A stretch of DNA of 35,277 nucleotides. It comes from Bdellovibrionales bacterium. Lineage in GTDB: Bacteria > Bdellovibrionota > Bdellovibrionia > Bdellovibrionales > UBA1609. Positions within the stretch are counted from its first letter, which is position 1, and each line of letters begins with the position of its first letter. Position numbers and translations under genes: made by a program. This document shows, in pieces, positions 19,272 to 27,973 of this stretch. The DNA lies in NCBI GenBank assembly GCA_050246815.1, contig JBFWVI010000034.1, forward strand, positions 1 through 35,277, in the 5' to 3' direction. The notes below the pieces were generated by a model. That model was not told the origin of the DNA. It saw only the letters and a program-made list of their open reading frames with translations, and did no database searches.

Positions 19272-21659
19272 ATGTCTAAAAACCGCCGTTTACTTTCGAC
19301 ACTGATGGTTTTGAGCCTGATTTTAGGCAACAGTCCGCCAGCCTTGGCGGCCGGTGTGCCTGAAGCTTTGAGGCGCGGTTGGACCTATCTTACCACCTTA
19401 GGCCGCAGAAGTGCCCCCCAAACAGAGAAGGCTGGGCAAGCAACAGCGACTACCAATTTGCCCCGTCAATCGATGCGCAAAATCTTGCAACATGTGGATG
19501 AATTAGAACAAGCGACCTCGGGGCTTTTTAAAAGCATTTATAGCCGCGTGGCTTCAGGCCATTACGTCCCCACCTTGGGGCGTGGGCAAAAAATCGACCA
19601 AGCGATGATTCACTTAAATAACCCCTCCATCGAGATGATTGCCATTGAAGGAAGCGAGGGCGTGGGCAAGACCCAAATCCTGATCGGCATACAAGAGCGC
19701 ATCCAGACAGGCCAAGTTCCTACAGCCCTGCAAAATGGCCGTGTGGTGCAATTGAACTCCAGCAACGTGATCCTGTCAGACGTTAAACAGGTTGAAAGCC
19801 AACTTGAAGTTTTGGCGAGCCAGTCAAAATTTGATGGTCCGATTATTCTTTCATTCTCTGAGATCTCTTATTTTTTAACCGAAACAGCAAGCAAGGCCCG
19901 CACCTTTGATATGGTTGTTGATGCAGCTGTTCGCAAGTTGGGTCGCGAACGCGTGCGCATCGTGGTGGAGGGCACCGACAATGAAATCTTAAGCCTTTCG
20001 AAAATTAGCAGTGCGGGCAAACGAATCGCCCGTGTCAAATTACAATCTCTGACCTCCTCAGATCGCCTTGCTTTAGCAAAAGACATCGCCCGCAGTATTA
20101 AGGCCGACGGCGCCAGCGGCAAAGCGGGTTTAGATATCACGGATGCAACACTGGAACAGGCCCTGCGTCTGGACGAATTGTATTTAGGTCATATCGGCTC
20201 ACCCAAATCGTTGGTCAATCTTTTGCTCGGTGCGAAGAGTCTTCGCGAAGTTTTGACTCATGCCACCGAATCACCCCTTTCTCTTGAATTGCGAGAAATT
20301 AAAAAAGAACTGACCCATGAGCTTGAGCGGGCAAAAGGGTTGGCCGGAACATATGCACAGCAGCGCCAGAAAGAAATTCCTGAAGCGATAAAAGGCATTG
20401 AGCTTAAAATTCAAAAATTAGACAAGCGCTTCAATGCATTAAAGGCTGCAATCAAAGAAACAAAAGAGCTACGAGCTAAATTAGGCGAATTCAAATTGAA
20501 TGGCAAAGCCACCGCAGAAGAGTTGACACGTCTTGAGGCACGCATAAAGGAATTAGACAAAGAGCTTAATCAAATCACCCCGGATGAATTGGCTATGTGG
20601 ATCCAGCAAGAGACCAACTTGCCGATTGATGAAATTCTGAAGAATGAACTGACCATGGCCGAAATTGTAAAAGAGTTTGACCAGAATGTTTTTGGTCAGC
20701 ACCTTGCCGTACGAGCGGCTTTAGATGCGGCAGAACGAGTGACTGCGGCTTATCGCACCAGCGATGCCCCCTCCAGTATTTTGCTCTTAGGTGGCCCGGG
20801 CACCGGTAAAACTGAAATTGCAAAAATTTTGGGCAAATTGATGGGACACTTGGAACGCTTCGATGGCTCGGCCTTTATGCAGGCCCACCAATCCGCCACT
20901 TTGCTGGGCGCACCCCCCGGGTACGTGGGCTACGACGCCGCCTCTCCTGGTTTAATTATTTCGGCTGTTCAAAAATTCAAAAGGATGACGCTGCTCTTGG
21001 ATGAAGTTAACTTCTTCCATAAAGACTTTTTAAAACTTCTATATCAACTTCTGAGTGATGGACGATTGACGGGCGGGACCGGTGTAGCCGGCAACTTCAA
21101 AGACACCATCGTCATAATGACGATGAATCCGACTGTTGAGATTCCAAAAGGCGCAACGCGGCAGCAGCTAGAAGATATCGTGATGGCTTCCGGAGATGGT
21201 TTTACAGGACCGATGTTGAATCGGATCACCGAAATCGTTGCCACTGAAAATCTAGATTACTCCGTTTTTGCAAAAATTTTGGGTAAAGAAATCGGACGCC
21301 TCAATGCCTCCATGGCCAAAGATTTGCGACACGTGAGATTAAGCCCCAGTGCCGAAGCTGCGCTGTTAAAGCCTTTCACCGAGGAAGGCAGTAACATTAC
21401 CGCCCGTGATATCAATCGCATCGTTCAGAAAATGGTCACCGATCCCGTCAACCGCCTGCGTAATCAGGGATTCTGGACAACCGCAGATGGTTTGACGCAA
21501 GAATTACGCTTTGCAGATGGCGATATGTTGGAACTGGGGCACACTGACGGCCTAGGATTTTTTTGGCGAGTGGCTCAACCCGGCGAACCTCCAGGCGTGC
21601 CTAGTTTGCGCCCATCGACTGGTGCTGCAACCCCACCCGCGCCGCCCCAAGCACGCTAA
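19272..21659 (+). CDS. ClpB-like double AAA+ (Hsp100) ATPase with an N-terminal signal peptide and degenerate NBD1
   Basis: RBS AAGGAG and signal MSKNRRLLSTLMVLSLILGNSPPALA. NBD1: PTLGR, GSEGVGKT. Coiled-coil middle domain. NBD2: VFGQ, GGPGTGKTE, GAPPGYVGYD, LLLDEV, DGRLT, IMTMN, LNRI. Confidence 0.88.
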   Translation: MSKNRRLLSTLMVLSLILGNSPPALAAGVPEALRRGWTYLTTLGRRSAPQTEKAGQATATTNLPRQSMRKILQHVDELEQATSGLFKSIYSRVASGHYVPTLGRGQKIDQAMIHLNNPSIEMIAIEGSEGVGKTQILIGIQERIQTGQVPTALQNGRVVQLNSSNVILSDVKQVESQLEVLASQSKFDGPIILSFSEISYFLTETASKARTFDMVVDAAVRKLGRERVRIVVEGTDNEILSLSKISSAGKRIARVKLQSLTSSDRLALAKDIARSIKADGASGKAGLDITDATLEQALRLDELYLGHIGSPKSLVNLLLGAKSLREVLTHATESPLSLELREIKKELTHELERAKGLAGTYAQQRQKEIPEAIKGIELKIQKLDKRFNALKAAIKETKELRAKLGEFKLNGKATAEELTRLEARIKELDKELNQITPDELAMWIQQETNLPIDEILKNELTMAEIVKEFDQNVFGQHLAVRAALDAAERVTAAYRTSDAPSSILLLGGPGTGKTEIAKILGKLMGHLERFDGSAFMQAHQSATLLGAPPGYVGYDAASPGLIISAVQKFKRMTLLLDEVNFFHKDFLKLLYQLLSDGRLTGGTGVAGNFKDTIVIMTMNPTVEIPKGATRQQLEDIVMASGDGFTGPMLNRITEIVATENLDYSVFAKILGKEIGRLNASMAKDLRHVRLSPSAEAALLKPFTEEGSNITARDINRIVQKMVTDPVNRLRNQGFWTTADGLTQELRFADGDMLELGHTDGLGFFWRVAQPGEPPGVPSLRPSTGAATPPAPPQAR

Positions 21660-22539
21660 GATCATCGCCCAGACGCGAGACCTGAACTTTGGGTAATAGA
21701 TCCACCCCTTCACGATAGCGCTTGAGCATTTCGGGCAGGCGCTTTTCCACGGTCGGCAAAAACCATTTTGCTGTGTGGGCAAAGCCGCCGGTCAAAGACA
21801 CTTGTTCGGGGCCATAAAGCACCGCCAAAGATCTGATCGTCTGCGCCAACCACTCGCCGTAATTCTTAAATGCCTCAAGGGCGCGCGCATCACCCTTGTC
21901 CGCCATGGCGACCAGCATTTCGCCGGTGAAGTCCTTAAGCCCCCAGGCCTCGCCCAAACGACGCACGAAATGCGGCACCCCCAGATAGGCTTCGACGCAG
22001 CCGTTATTGCCGCAACCGCATGTCATGTCTGGGGCCTCAAAGTTCAACGGGAAATGGCCAGCTTCCGGGTGCAGCTCACCCCGTGAACGCACCGGTCGGC
22101 CATCACGCAGGACGCCAATGCCCACGCCGGTGCCCAAAGTGATCACGGCCAAATTTTTTGTCGCTCCCCCACCCAACCAGGCCTCGCCCAAAACTGCAGC
22201 CGCGGCATCGTTGTCCAAATAAAATTGCCAGTTTTTGAATTGTGCCTGCAAAGGCTTCAGCAAGCTAAGGCGCCCCCAGCTTTTGCCGCCGGTGAAAAAA
22301 TTGGTGGGATCCAAAAGCTCACCCGTAACGCTATCCAATGGGCCAGCACAGCCGATGCCCACCCGATCGATGGGAAAACCGGCACTGAGGCGATTTAAAA
22401 TTTCACCCAGTTGCCTAAAAAAGGCGTCGGGGCCTTTTTGGATCAAAACCGGTTGGCGCTCTTGACGCAAAATCTTACCCTGTTCATCGACGATAGCGCC
22501 GTGAACTTTGGTACCACCGATGTCCAAGGCCGCTATCAT
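21601..22539 (-). CDS. ROK family sugar kinase (glucokinase/N-acetylglucosamine kinase-like)
   Basis: ALDIGGTK, DNDAAAAVLGE, ITLGTGVGIG, EAGH, CGCGNNGCVEAY and VLGAA. Confidence 0.92.
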   Translation of the reverse strand: MIAALDIGGTKVHGAIVDEQGKILRQERQPVLIQKGPDAFFRQLGEILNRLSAGFPIDRVGIGCAGPLDSVTGELLDPTNFFTGGKSWGRLSLLKPLQAQFKNWQFYLDNDAAAAVLGEAWLGGGATKNLAVITLGTGVGIGVLRDGRPVRSRGELHPEAGHFPLNFEAPDMTCGCGNNGCVEAYLGVPHFVRRLGEAWGLKDFTGEMLVAMADKGDARALEAFKNYGEWLAQTIRSLAVLYGPEQVSLTGGFAHTAKWFLPTVEKRLPEMLKRYREGVDLLPKVQVSRLGDDLSVLGAARVGLQHQSMGAN

Positions 22540-22543
22540 GCCT

Positions 22544-22813
22544 TTAGTGCCTGACGTTTAAGCGGGCTCGGATCAGCTCTGCCAACTCAAGGGTACGGCG
22601 GCGAGCAAATTCGATGTCGTCTTTGTTGTTGAAGATCACATCTTGTCGGATCTGGGCGATCACATCGCGCACGGCCCTTAGTTTTTCGGCATCCAGGGAC
22701 TTTTCTAGACGTGTCAGGTAAAGCCCCACTTTGCGTTTGAAATCGCCGTACTCGACTTCATGCAGCCAACGAATTTGATCGATAAAAGAGCCTAATTGAT
22801 TGGTATTGTCCAT
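22544..22813 (-). CDS. Small helical hypothetical protein (89 aa)
   Basis: ATG 22813 start avoids overlap with pdxH. It ends 4 bp before the ROK start and has a protein-like amphipathic composition. Confidence 0.65.
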   Translation of the reverse strand: MDNTNQLGSFIDQIRWLHEVEYGDFKRKVGLYLTRLEKSLDAEKLRAVRDVIAQIRQDVIFNNKDDIEFARRRTLELAELIRARLNVRH

Positions 22814-22875
22814 GGCGCCAGTATATCGGTTGGCCAGTCGTTGACAAGCCCCGATCCCTTTGCGACTTAAAGGGG

Positions 22876-23475
22876 ATGACCCTAGACGAGCTGCTAAAAA
22901 CCCGCGACCCGATGAGCCTGTTTGCACGCTGGTACGCAGAGGCGCAAAAAAACGCGAAGCTGCGCGAGCCCACCGCCATGGCCCTTGCCACAGCCAACAA
23001 GCAGGGGCTGCCGTCGCTGCGCACGGTGCTGCTAAAAAGTTTTTCGGCTGAACAAGGTTTTGTTTTTTACACCAACTATCAAAGCCACAAGGGCCAAGAC
23101 TTGACCGAAAATCCGCAAGCCGCTTTGCTGTTTTATTGGGATTCGCTCTTTCAGCAAATCCGTGTGCAAGGCCCGATCCAAAAGGTTTCCCGCGAAGAAT
23201 CTGAGGCCTATTGGAATTTGCGCCCTTTTGAATCCCAAGTGGCGGGTTGGCTTTCGCGGCAGTCACGCGCCGTGACGGGTTCACTGGATCAAATGTTCTT
23301 GGACGCGCAAAAAAAATGGCAGGGCAAAAAAGTTCCCTGCCCCGAGCACTGGGGCGGCTTCGCGCTTAAGCCCTCAGTGCTTGAGTTTTGGATCGGCCAC
23401 CCCAACCGCCTGCACACCTCGGTGCGCTTTGAGCTTAAGAATCAGACTTGGGTGCCTGAACAGCTTTACCCCTAG
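22876..23475 (+). CDS. pdxH: Pyridoxamine 5'-phosphate oxidase
   Basis: PTAMALAT, RTVLLK, FYTNYQSHKG, QIRVQG, PEHWGG and EFW...NRLH. Confidence 0.95.
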   Translation: MTLDELLKTRDPMSLFARWYAEAQKNAKLREPTAMALATANKQGLPSLRTVLLKSFSAEQGFVFYTNYQSHKGQDLTENPQAALLFYWDSLFQQIRVQGPIQKVSREESEAYWNLRPFESQVAGWLSRQSRAVTGSLDQMFLDAQKKWQGKKVPCPEHWGGFALKPSVLEFWIGHPNRLHTSVRFELKNQTWVPEQLYP

Positions 23476-23589
23476 ACCTTTGGGCCGTTTTTCGCCTACC
23501 TCTGATAACTCGAATCTATTTAGCCTTTGGTCCAGGACGTGTGGGCGATTGACATTGCGCAGTCAGGCTTGATCGTTTGTAATATTGAT

Positions 23590-26049
23590 GTGCCAAATGT
23601 CATTGCCATCGTTGATGACCCCAAAATGCGCAGTCAAATCGAATCTTATTTCAAAGAGATCGATGCGGAAGGCATTCGTCTGCGCTTTTTCACCACCGGC
23701 TACGAATTCGAACAAAAATACTTCGCCCATAAACGAGCCGGCAAAGTTCACCCCCTTAACCAACTGCCGGGCCTTGAGGACTTTAGCTACGAGCAAATGG
23801 AAGCAAGCCTCTTGCTGCCGCTCAGCGAGAAGTCGCCACTGCCCCATCATATTTTGCGCTTGAAGTGCAATGCCAAGACTCTCAAAGTCGACAGCCTGGA
23901 ACCGGTCGTGGATTCCAACATGGCCGTTTTCAATCGGTTTCCCGAAGACTTGCTGAAAGAAAACAACCCTTTTGCGCATTGGGTGCAGACCGAGTGGAAC
24001 GATCACTGGCAGAAATTCCTAAAAAAAGCGGCAACGGCCAGAACACAGACCCTTATGCCGATGAAGGCCACCGAAAAAGAGCTGGTTTGGCTTAAAATTG
24101 CCTGTGAAAAAAGCGGCGCGGATCATCTGATCTTCACCTTTGAGGATGTCACCAACACCTACCGTGAAGGGATTCAAAATGAACTCAAGCGCCGTGCCGC
24201 TCACCAAGAAGAAAGTGAAGAACTGCAGCTGTTAAGCGAAATCGACATGGTGATTTTTAAGATCGATTGCATCTCGGGCAAAGTGCCCAAGTGGATGGAT
24301 CAAACCTGGAAGCAGTTGCGTGAAGGCGGTTACTTTCCGGGTGAAAAAACACCTCGTTTTATTTTGTTGAAATACGAAGACGATGGCATCAGCAAGCTTG
24401 ATGTGCTTCATAACCGTTTGGATGATCTGATTTATCTACCCCTTGACCGGCTGATCTTTCTGCAAAAGATGGAAATCATTCTTTCTCTACCTAAAAAAAT
24501 CACGCCTTCTTATCTTTTTTCTCAAGAGTTAGGCATGGACATCGAAATTTCAAAGCTCAGCAAACTTGAAAAAATCTCGGATCTGGGTTTGGCAATCCGC
24601 AACCCCGTGCGTTTAACAGAAGGATTGCTTGCGCACTTTTACGTCACATTTCCGGGCGATGACCACCCCACTGATCTGTGGGGCAAGGTTATTCATTCGG
24701 ACCCCCACCCCGAACGCCAACACGAATTTTTAGTCTATTTTTCATTTTTCGGTATTCGTAAAAATGACAGCATGTCGCTGAAACGATACCTTGCAAAAGG
24801 TGCGCGCTTTCACACTTTTATCAACAGCGAGCGCGAAGATTTTTTATTTAACCCGGACGATCTGTTTGCCAGTGACGATGACAAACGCATGCAACAAATT
24901 GCAGTTTTAGACTTGGACGATACTCACGCCGCGCAGATCAAAACCAATCTTCCGAAGGACGTAGACCAAACTCGTGTCATCGTTGAATCCAGCTATTCGG
25001 CCTTCGTCAATCGCTACATGTCTGCCGGCAACACGCAGTTCGCAAAGCCCCCAGATGGCGCAACCGAAGCCGACTTGTTCGCGCCCACGGTCACCTTGAC
25101 CATCAAAAGTGAATCTCTTGAAATGGTGGCACTGCAAACGCCCCCAACCGAAGAGCAAACTTATTTTGGCCATAAAGGGGTAGAGGCCTTTTCAACTCCG
25201 ACGGGCTGGATGAAACCCCTGGCTACCGTCAACGGCAACAAAGAGCTGATTGCAGAACTGGTGAGTCTGGCACTGTCGGGCCACACCGTGAACCGCACTC
25301 TGGTTGGCTCCAACAGCAGCAACGAAGGCCGCATTTTCAATTTGGTCCTCAGCGCGACCGCAGACCCGACGATCATCAAGGTGGACTTGAATCTTCCCAC
25401 CAAAGAGGACCTGCAGCCCAAAACAACCAACGAAAAAATTTCGAGTTTAGATTTGATGGTGGTGGATTTGGCTCTGGTGCCAGGTGGCAACATCAGCGGC
25501 TTTATCGAAGCCGTGAATGAGCAAGCGGCCAAGGCCGGACTGATGAAACACCGAAAGCGCCTTAAGTTCATTTTAACTTGCGTGACTGAAAAGCAGCTTA
25601 AACACCGCGACTGGGCCCACCCGGATTTGATCGGCGTGATTGTGAAGCCCGCCGAAATGCGACACTTGAGTTTTTTAGTCGCGAACGCACTTGGAACCAA
25701 ACACAGCGTCTACCGCTTAAATAACCTGGGATGGATGCCCGCGCTGCTGCCGGTCCATGTGGCCAAAGATGTGCGCCTTGAAATGCTTTCAGAATTCGGC
25801 GCCGCCATTCGGCACAGCCGCCCCATCGCGCCCGGTGCGATCTTGTATTTGCGTGGCGGCATTTTTGACAATGCCCCCAACCGCTGTTTGGCCGCGCGCT
25901 TTTACCACTGCGAGGAACACCCAAAAGAAAAGGGCCAATACCTGTGCACCATGATTTACTTTGGCATCAATGACGGATTCATGAAATACGCCCGCCGCTG
26001 GTTTCGCGAAACCTACGCCCAGTCCAAGCAGGCAGAAGGCAGCGGGTAG
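23590..26049 (+). CDS. Tandem-duplicated signalling protein: two copies of (REC-like domain split by a PAS-like insert + degenerate PilZ-like domain)
   Basis: Internal repeats KISDLG...HPERQHEFLVYFSFFGI and MLSEFG...HPKEKGQYLCTMIYFGI. REC-like IAIVDD / DLMVVD / IVKP. PAS-end motif FEDVT. Start GTG 23590 is uncertain (the ORF is open from 23527). Confidence 0.65.
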   Translation: MPNVIAIVDDPKMRSQIESYFKEIDAEGIRLRFFTTGYEFEQKYFAHKRAGKVHPLNQLPGLEDFSYEQMEASLLLPLSEKSPLPHHILRLKCNAKTLKVDSLEPVVDSNMAVFNRFPEDLLKENNPFAHWVQTEWNDHWQKFLKKAATARTQTLMPMKATEKELVWLKIACEKSGADHLIFTFEDVTNTYREGIQNELKRRAAHQEESEELQLLSEIDMVIFKIDCISGKVPKWMDQTWKQLREGGYFPGEKTPRFILLKYEDDGISKLDVLHNRLDDLIYLPLDRLIFLQKMEIILSLPKKITPSYLFSQELGMDIEISKLSKLEKISDLGLAIRNPVRLTEGLLAHFYVTFPGDDHPTDLWGKVIHSDPHPERQHEFLVYFSFFGIRKNDSMSLKRYLAKGARFHTFINSEREDFLFNPDDLFASDDDKRMQQIAVLDLDDTHAAQIKTNLPKDVDQTRVIVESSYSAFVNRYMSAGNTQFAKPPDGATEADLFAPTVTLTIKSESLEMVALQTPPTEEQTYFGHKGVEAFSTPTGWMKPLATVNGNKELIAELVSLALSGHTVNRTLVGSNSSNEGRIFNLVLSATADPTIIKVDLNLPTKEDLQPKTTNEKISSLDLMVVDLALVPGGNISGFIEAVNEQAAKAGLMKHRKRLKFILTCVTEKQLKHRDWAHPDLIGVIVKPAEMRHLSFLVANALGTKHSVYRLNNLGWMPALLPVHVAKDVRLEMLSEFGAAIRHSRPIAPGAILYLRGGIFDNAPNRCLAARFYHCEEHPKEKGQYLCTMIYFGINDGFMKYARRWFRETYAQSKQAEGSG

Positions 26050-26053
26050 GATA

Positions 26054-26494
26054 TCAAATCGGCCAGGTCTCGGAAACATAGCGTTCCAGGCGACTGATCA
26101 TTGTCTCGCGCAGAGCCAAGACGGCATCCACCACTTCCAATATTGAGACAAAGCCAATGACTTCGCCCTGTTTCACCACAGGCAAATGTCGCACCCCACG
26201 GCGATTCATGCGCGATAAACACTCCTCAGCGCTGAGATCAGGCGTCACCGACACCACGTTGCTGGTCATGACTTCTTTTAATTGGGTTTGTTCAGGAGTA
26301 CGGTTGTTCAGCAAAACCTTGCGCGTGAAATCCCGTTCTGAGAAAACTCCCACAAGACGTCGCCCATCCGCGACCACAATTGCGCCCACATTGTGTTGAG
26401 CCATCGTATTCAATGCTTCGTAAACAGTGGCTTCCGGCCGCAAGGAAATAAAGCTGCCCTTTGCGGCGGAGAGAATATCGCCAACGGTCCTCAT
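26054..26494 (-). CDS. CBS-pair domain protein
   Basis: TVYEALNTM...VGAIVV...GVFSERD and VMTSNVVSV...RHLPVV...IGFVSI, with RBS GGAGG. Confidence 0.92.
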   Translation of the reverse strand: MRTVGDILSAAKGSFISLRPEATVYEALNTMAQHNVGAIVVADGRRLVGVFSERDFTRKVLLNNRTPEQTQLKEVMTSNVVSVTPDLSAEECLSRMNRRGVRHLPVVKQGEVIGFVSILEVVDAVLALRETMISRLERYVSETWPI

Positions 26495-26657
26495 GGATCC
26501 CTCCGTGCTTTAAGCTTTGAATAGTATAGGACAAAATTCCCCGGGATTTATGAGAATATTATAAGCTTCACACAAATCTCACATTCATACGGCCGGATCT
26601 AAACTAAGGGACTTTGACTCAAATGCAGCTGAGATCGAAATTAAAAAACGGTTCATT

Positions 26658-26687
26658 TAAAAACGGCCGCCGCAGCAAACCGCGGCC
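26658..26687 (-). terminator. Possible terminator of the cNMP-binding gene
   Basis: GGCCGC-N11-GCGGCC stem followed on the minus strand by GTTTTTA. Confidence 0.4.
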
Positions 26688-26689
26688 AA

Positions 26690-27838
26690 CTAGGCCGCAG
26701 CGTTCAATTTGTTACCGCAGTGAGGGCAGAATTTATGGGTGTTGTTGACCACGCCAGAGCATTGGGGGCAGGCCATCTCGCCTGCGGCAGGCGCCTTTAC
26801 CGGCGCCTCTTTTTCATGCATATCAACAAAGCCCTTGTCGTTCCATTTGTCGATCTCGTGGATAATCTGCCAAAACATTGCCATCTTTTGAAACTCGGTG
26901 CGATCGAACATTAAAACGGCCGGTTCTTTTTCGCGACTTTGACGCTTAACAAAGAGACCCTTTTTCTCTAGGGCGTCCAGGTGCGTGCCCTTAAGCTCAA
27001 TGCCCAAGCGCTTTTTCATGTCTTCTAAGACCTGATCCCAGACCAACGTCACGGCACCGCGGCGGTCAGGTTCTAAACCTTCGCTTAAAAGAACCAGCCC
27101 CTTTGCCACTCTCATAGCCAAAGTGTCGACGTGGATAGTTTCTGAATAAGAGCCTTTGTACAGATTGTACTGATAAAATTCAGCGAAGTCTTCGATCTGC
27201 TGGATGTTATGGATCAATGCGCCCTGCAGTTCCTCTTCACCTTCTTCGTTTTTACCCATCTGCAATTCACATAGGCCGATTTTGGCCAAAAGCTCCAAAA
27301 GGCTGCGCATCCGTTGTGGGGATTCGGCAAACATGCGTGTGGCATTCAATTTCAAAACGCCCCAGTCCACACGGATTTGTTCGGGCTTTTCGGGATTTTT
27401 TTTGCCGGTATGCCGACCAACCAGATTGAGCATGGCAAAAATGCGCGGGATCGCCGGCTGCGGACAAGGGCTTTTGTCACCTTCCATCTTCACAGAGCGC
27501 AGAGCCTGGCGGTTCACCTTGGCCTCATCAACCATGCTCTTGACGAGCACCTTCACGGCGGACTGAGCTGCGGCCAATTGCGTTTTCACGACTTCAACTG
27601 GTACTTCCATCAACTTGGTCTCTTGTAGTGCCTCGGCGGTGAACATGTGGCGAGCGTTGGCAAAAAGGGCCTGCTCGCCGAGCAGTTGCGACACGCCGGC
27701 CGTCATGACTTCGACCTTCTTGCCACCGCGCTCGACGTTCAGAGCGATCTTGCCGGATTGGACCACATACAGCATCCCGATCGGTTCATTTTCGCGAAAT
27801 AGAATTTCGCCTTTTTTCAGCTTTTTTTGATTATCCAC
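26690..27838 (-). CDS. Cyclic-nucleotide-binding (Crp-like) protein with a C-terminal zinc ribbon
   Basis: KKGEILFRENE...LYVVQSG...LGEQALF...RHMFTAEA and C-terminal CPQC...FCPHCG. RBS AAGGAG precedes the GTG start. Confidence 0.85.
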   Translation of the reverse strand: MDNQKKLKKGEILFRENEPIGMLYVVQSGKIALNVERGGKKVEVMTAGVSQLLGEQALFANARHMFTAEALQETKLMEVPVEVVKTQLAAAQSAVKVLVKSMVDEAKVNRQALRSVKMEGDKSPCPQPAIPRIFAMLNLVGRHTGKKNPEKPEQIRVDWGVLKLNATRMFAESPQRMRSLLELLAKIGLCELQMGKNEEGEEELQGALIHNIQQIEDFAEFYQYNLYKGSYSETIHVDTLAMRVAKGLVLLSEGLEPDRRGAVTLVWDQVLEDMKKRLGIELKGTHLDALEKKGLFVKRQSREKEPAVLMFDRTEFQKMAMFWQIIHEIDKWNDKGFVDMHEKEAPVKAPAAGEMACPQCSGVVNNTHKFCPHCGNKLNAAA

Positions 27839-27862
27839 GTCTCGCTCCTTATGGCCATATGC

Positions 27863-27890
27863 TTATCGGCTTATGAACCTGGTTAATTGA
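27863..27890 (-). promoter_or_regulatory. Sigma28 (FliA)-type promoter
   Basis: Minus strand reads TCAAT-N15-GCCGATAA, with a perfect sigma28 -10 element 24 bp upstream of the start. Confidence 0.6.
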
Positions 27891-27973
27891 CCGATTGTGC
27901 GGCGCATAAATCGACTTTACAGGCGACCACACAAGACGTGCGGGACCCGAGTGTGTTATGTTGAAACGCTCTT

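Noticed and set aside
19272..21659. Interpreting the Clp ATPase as T6SS ClpV or housekeeping ClpB
   Set aside because: It has no Clp-N domain and no recognisable tss genes nearby. It carries a signal peptide and NBD1 is degenerate.
10190..21660. Island as a prophage or transposon
   Set aside because: No integrase, transposase, tRNA attachment site, phage gene or terminal repeat was seen.
22814..23284. 246-aa version of the minus-strand ORF
   Set aside because: The extension is antisense to pdxH. Only the last 89 aa look like a real protein.
27896..27966. dif-like half sites (GGCGCATAA and TTATGTTGAA)
   Set aside because: The arms are about 45 bp apart, not 6 bp. The second is more likely a promoter element of rny.
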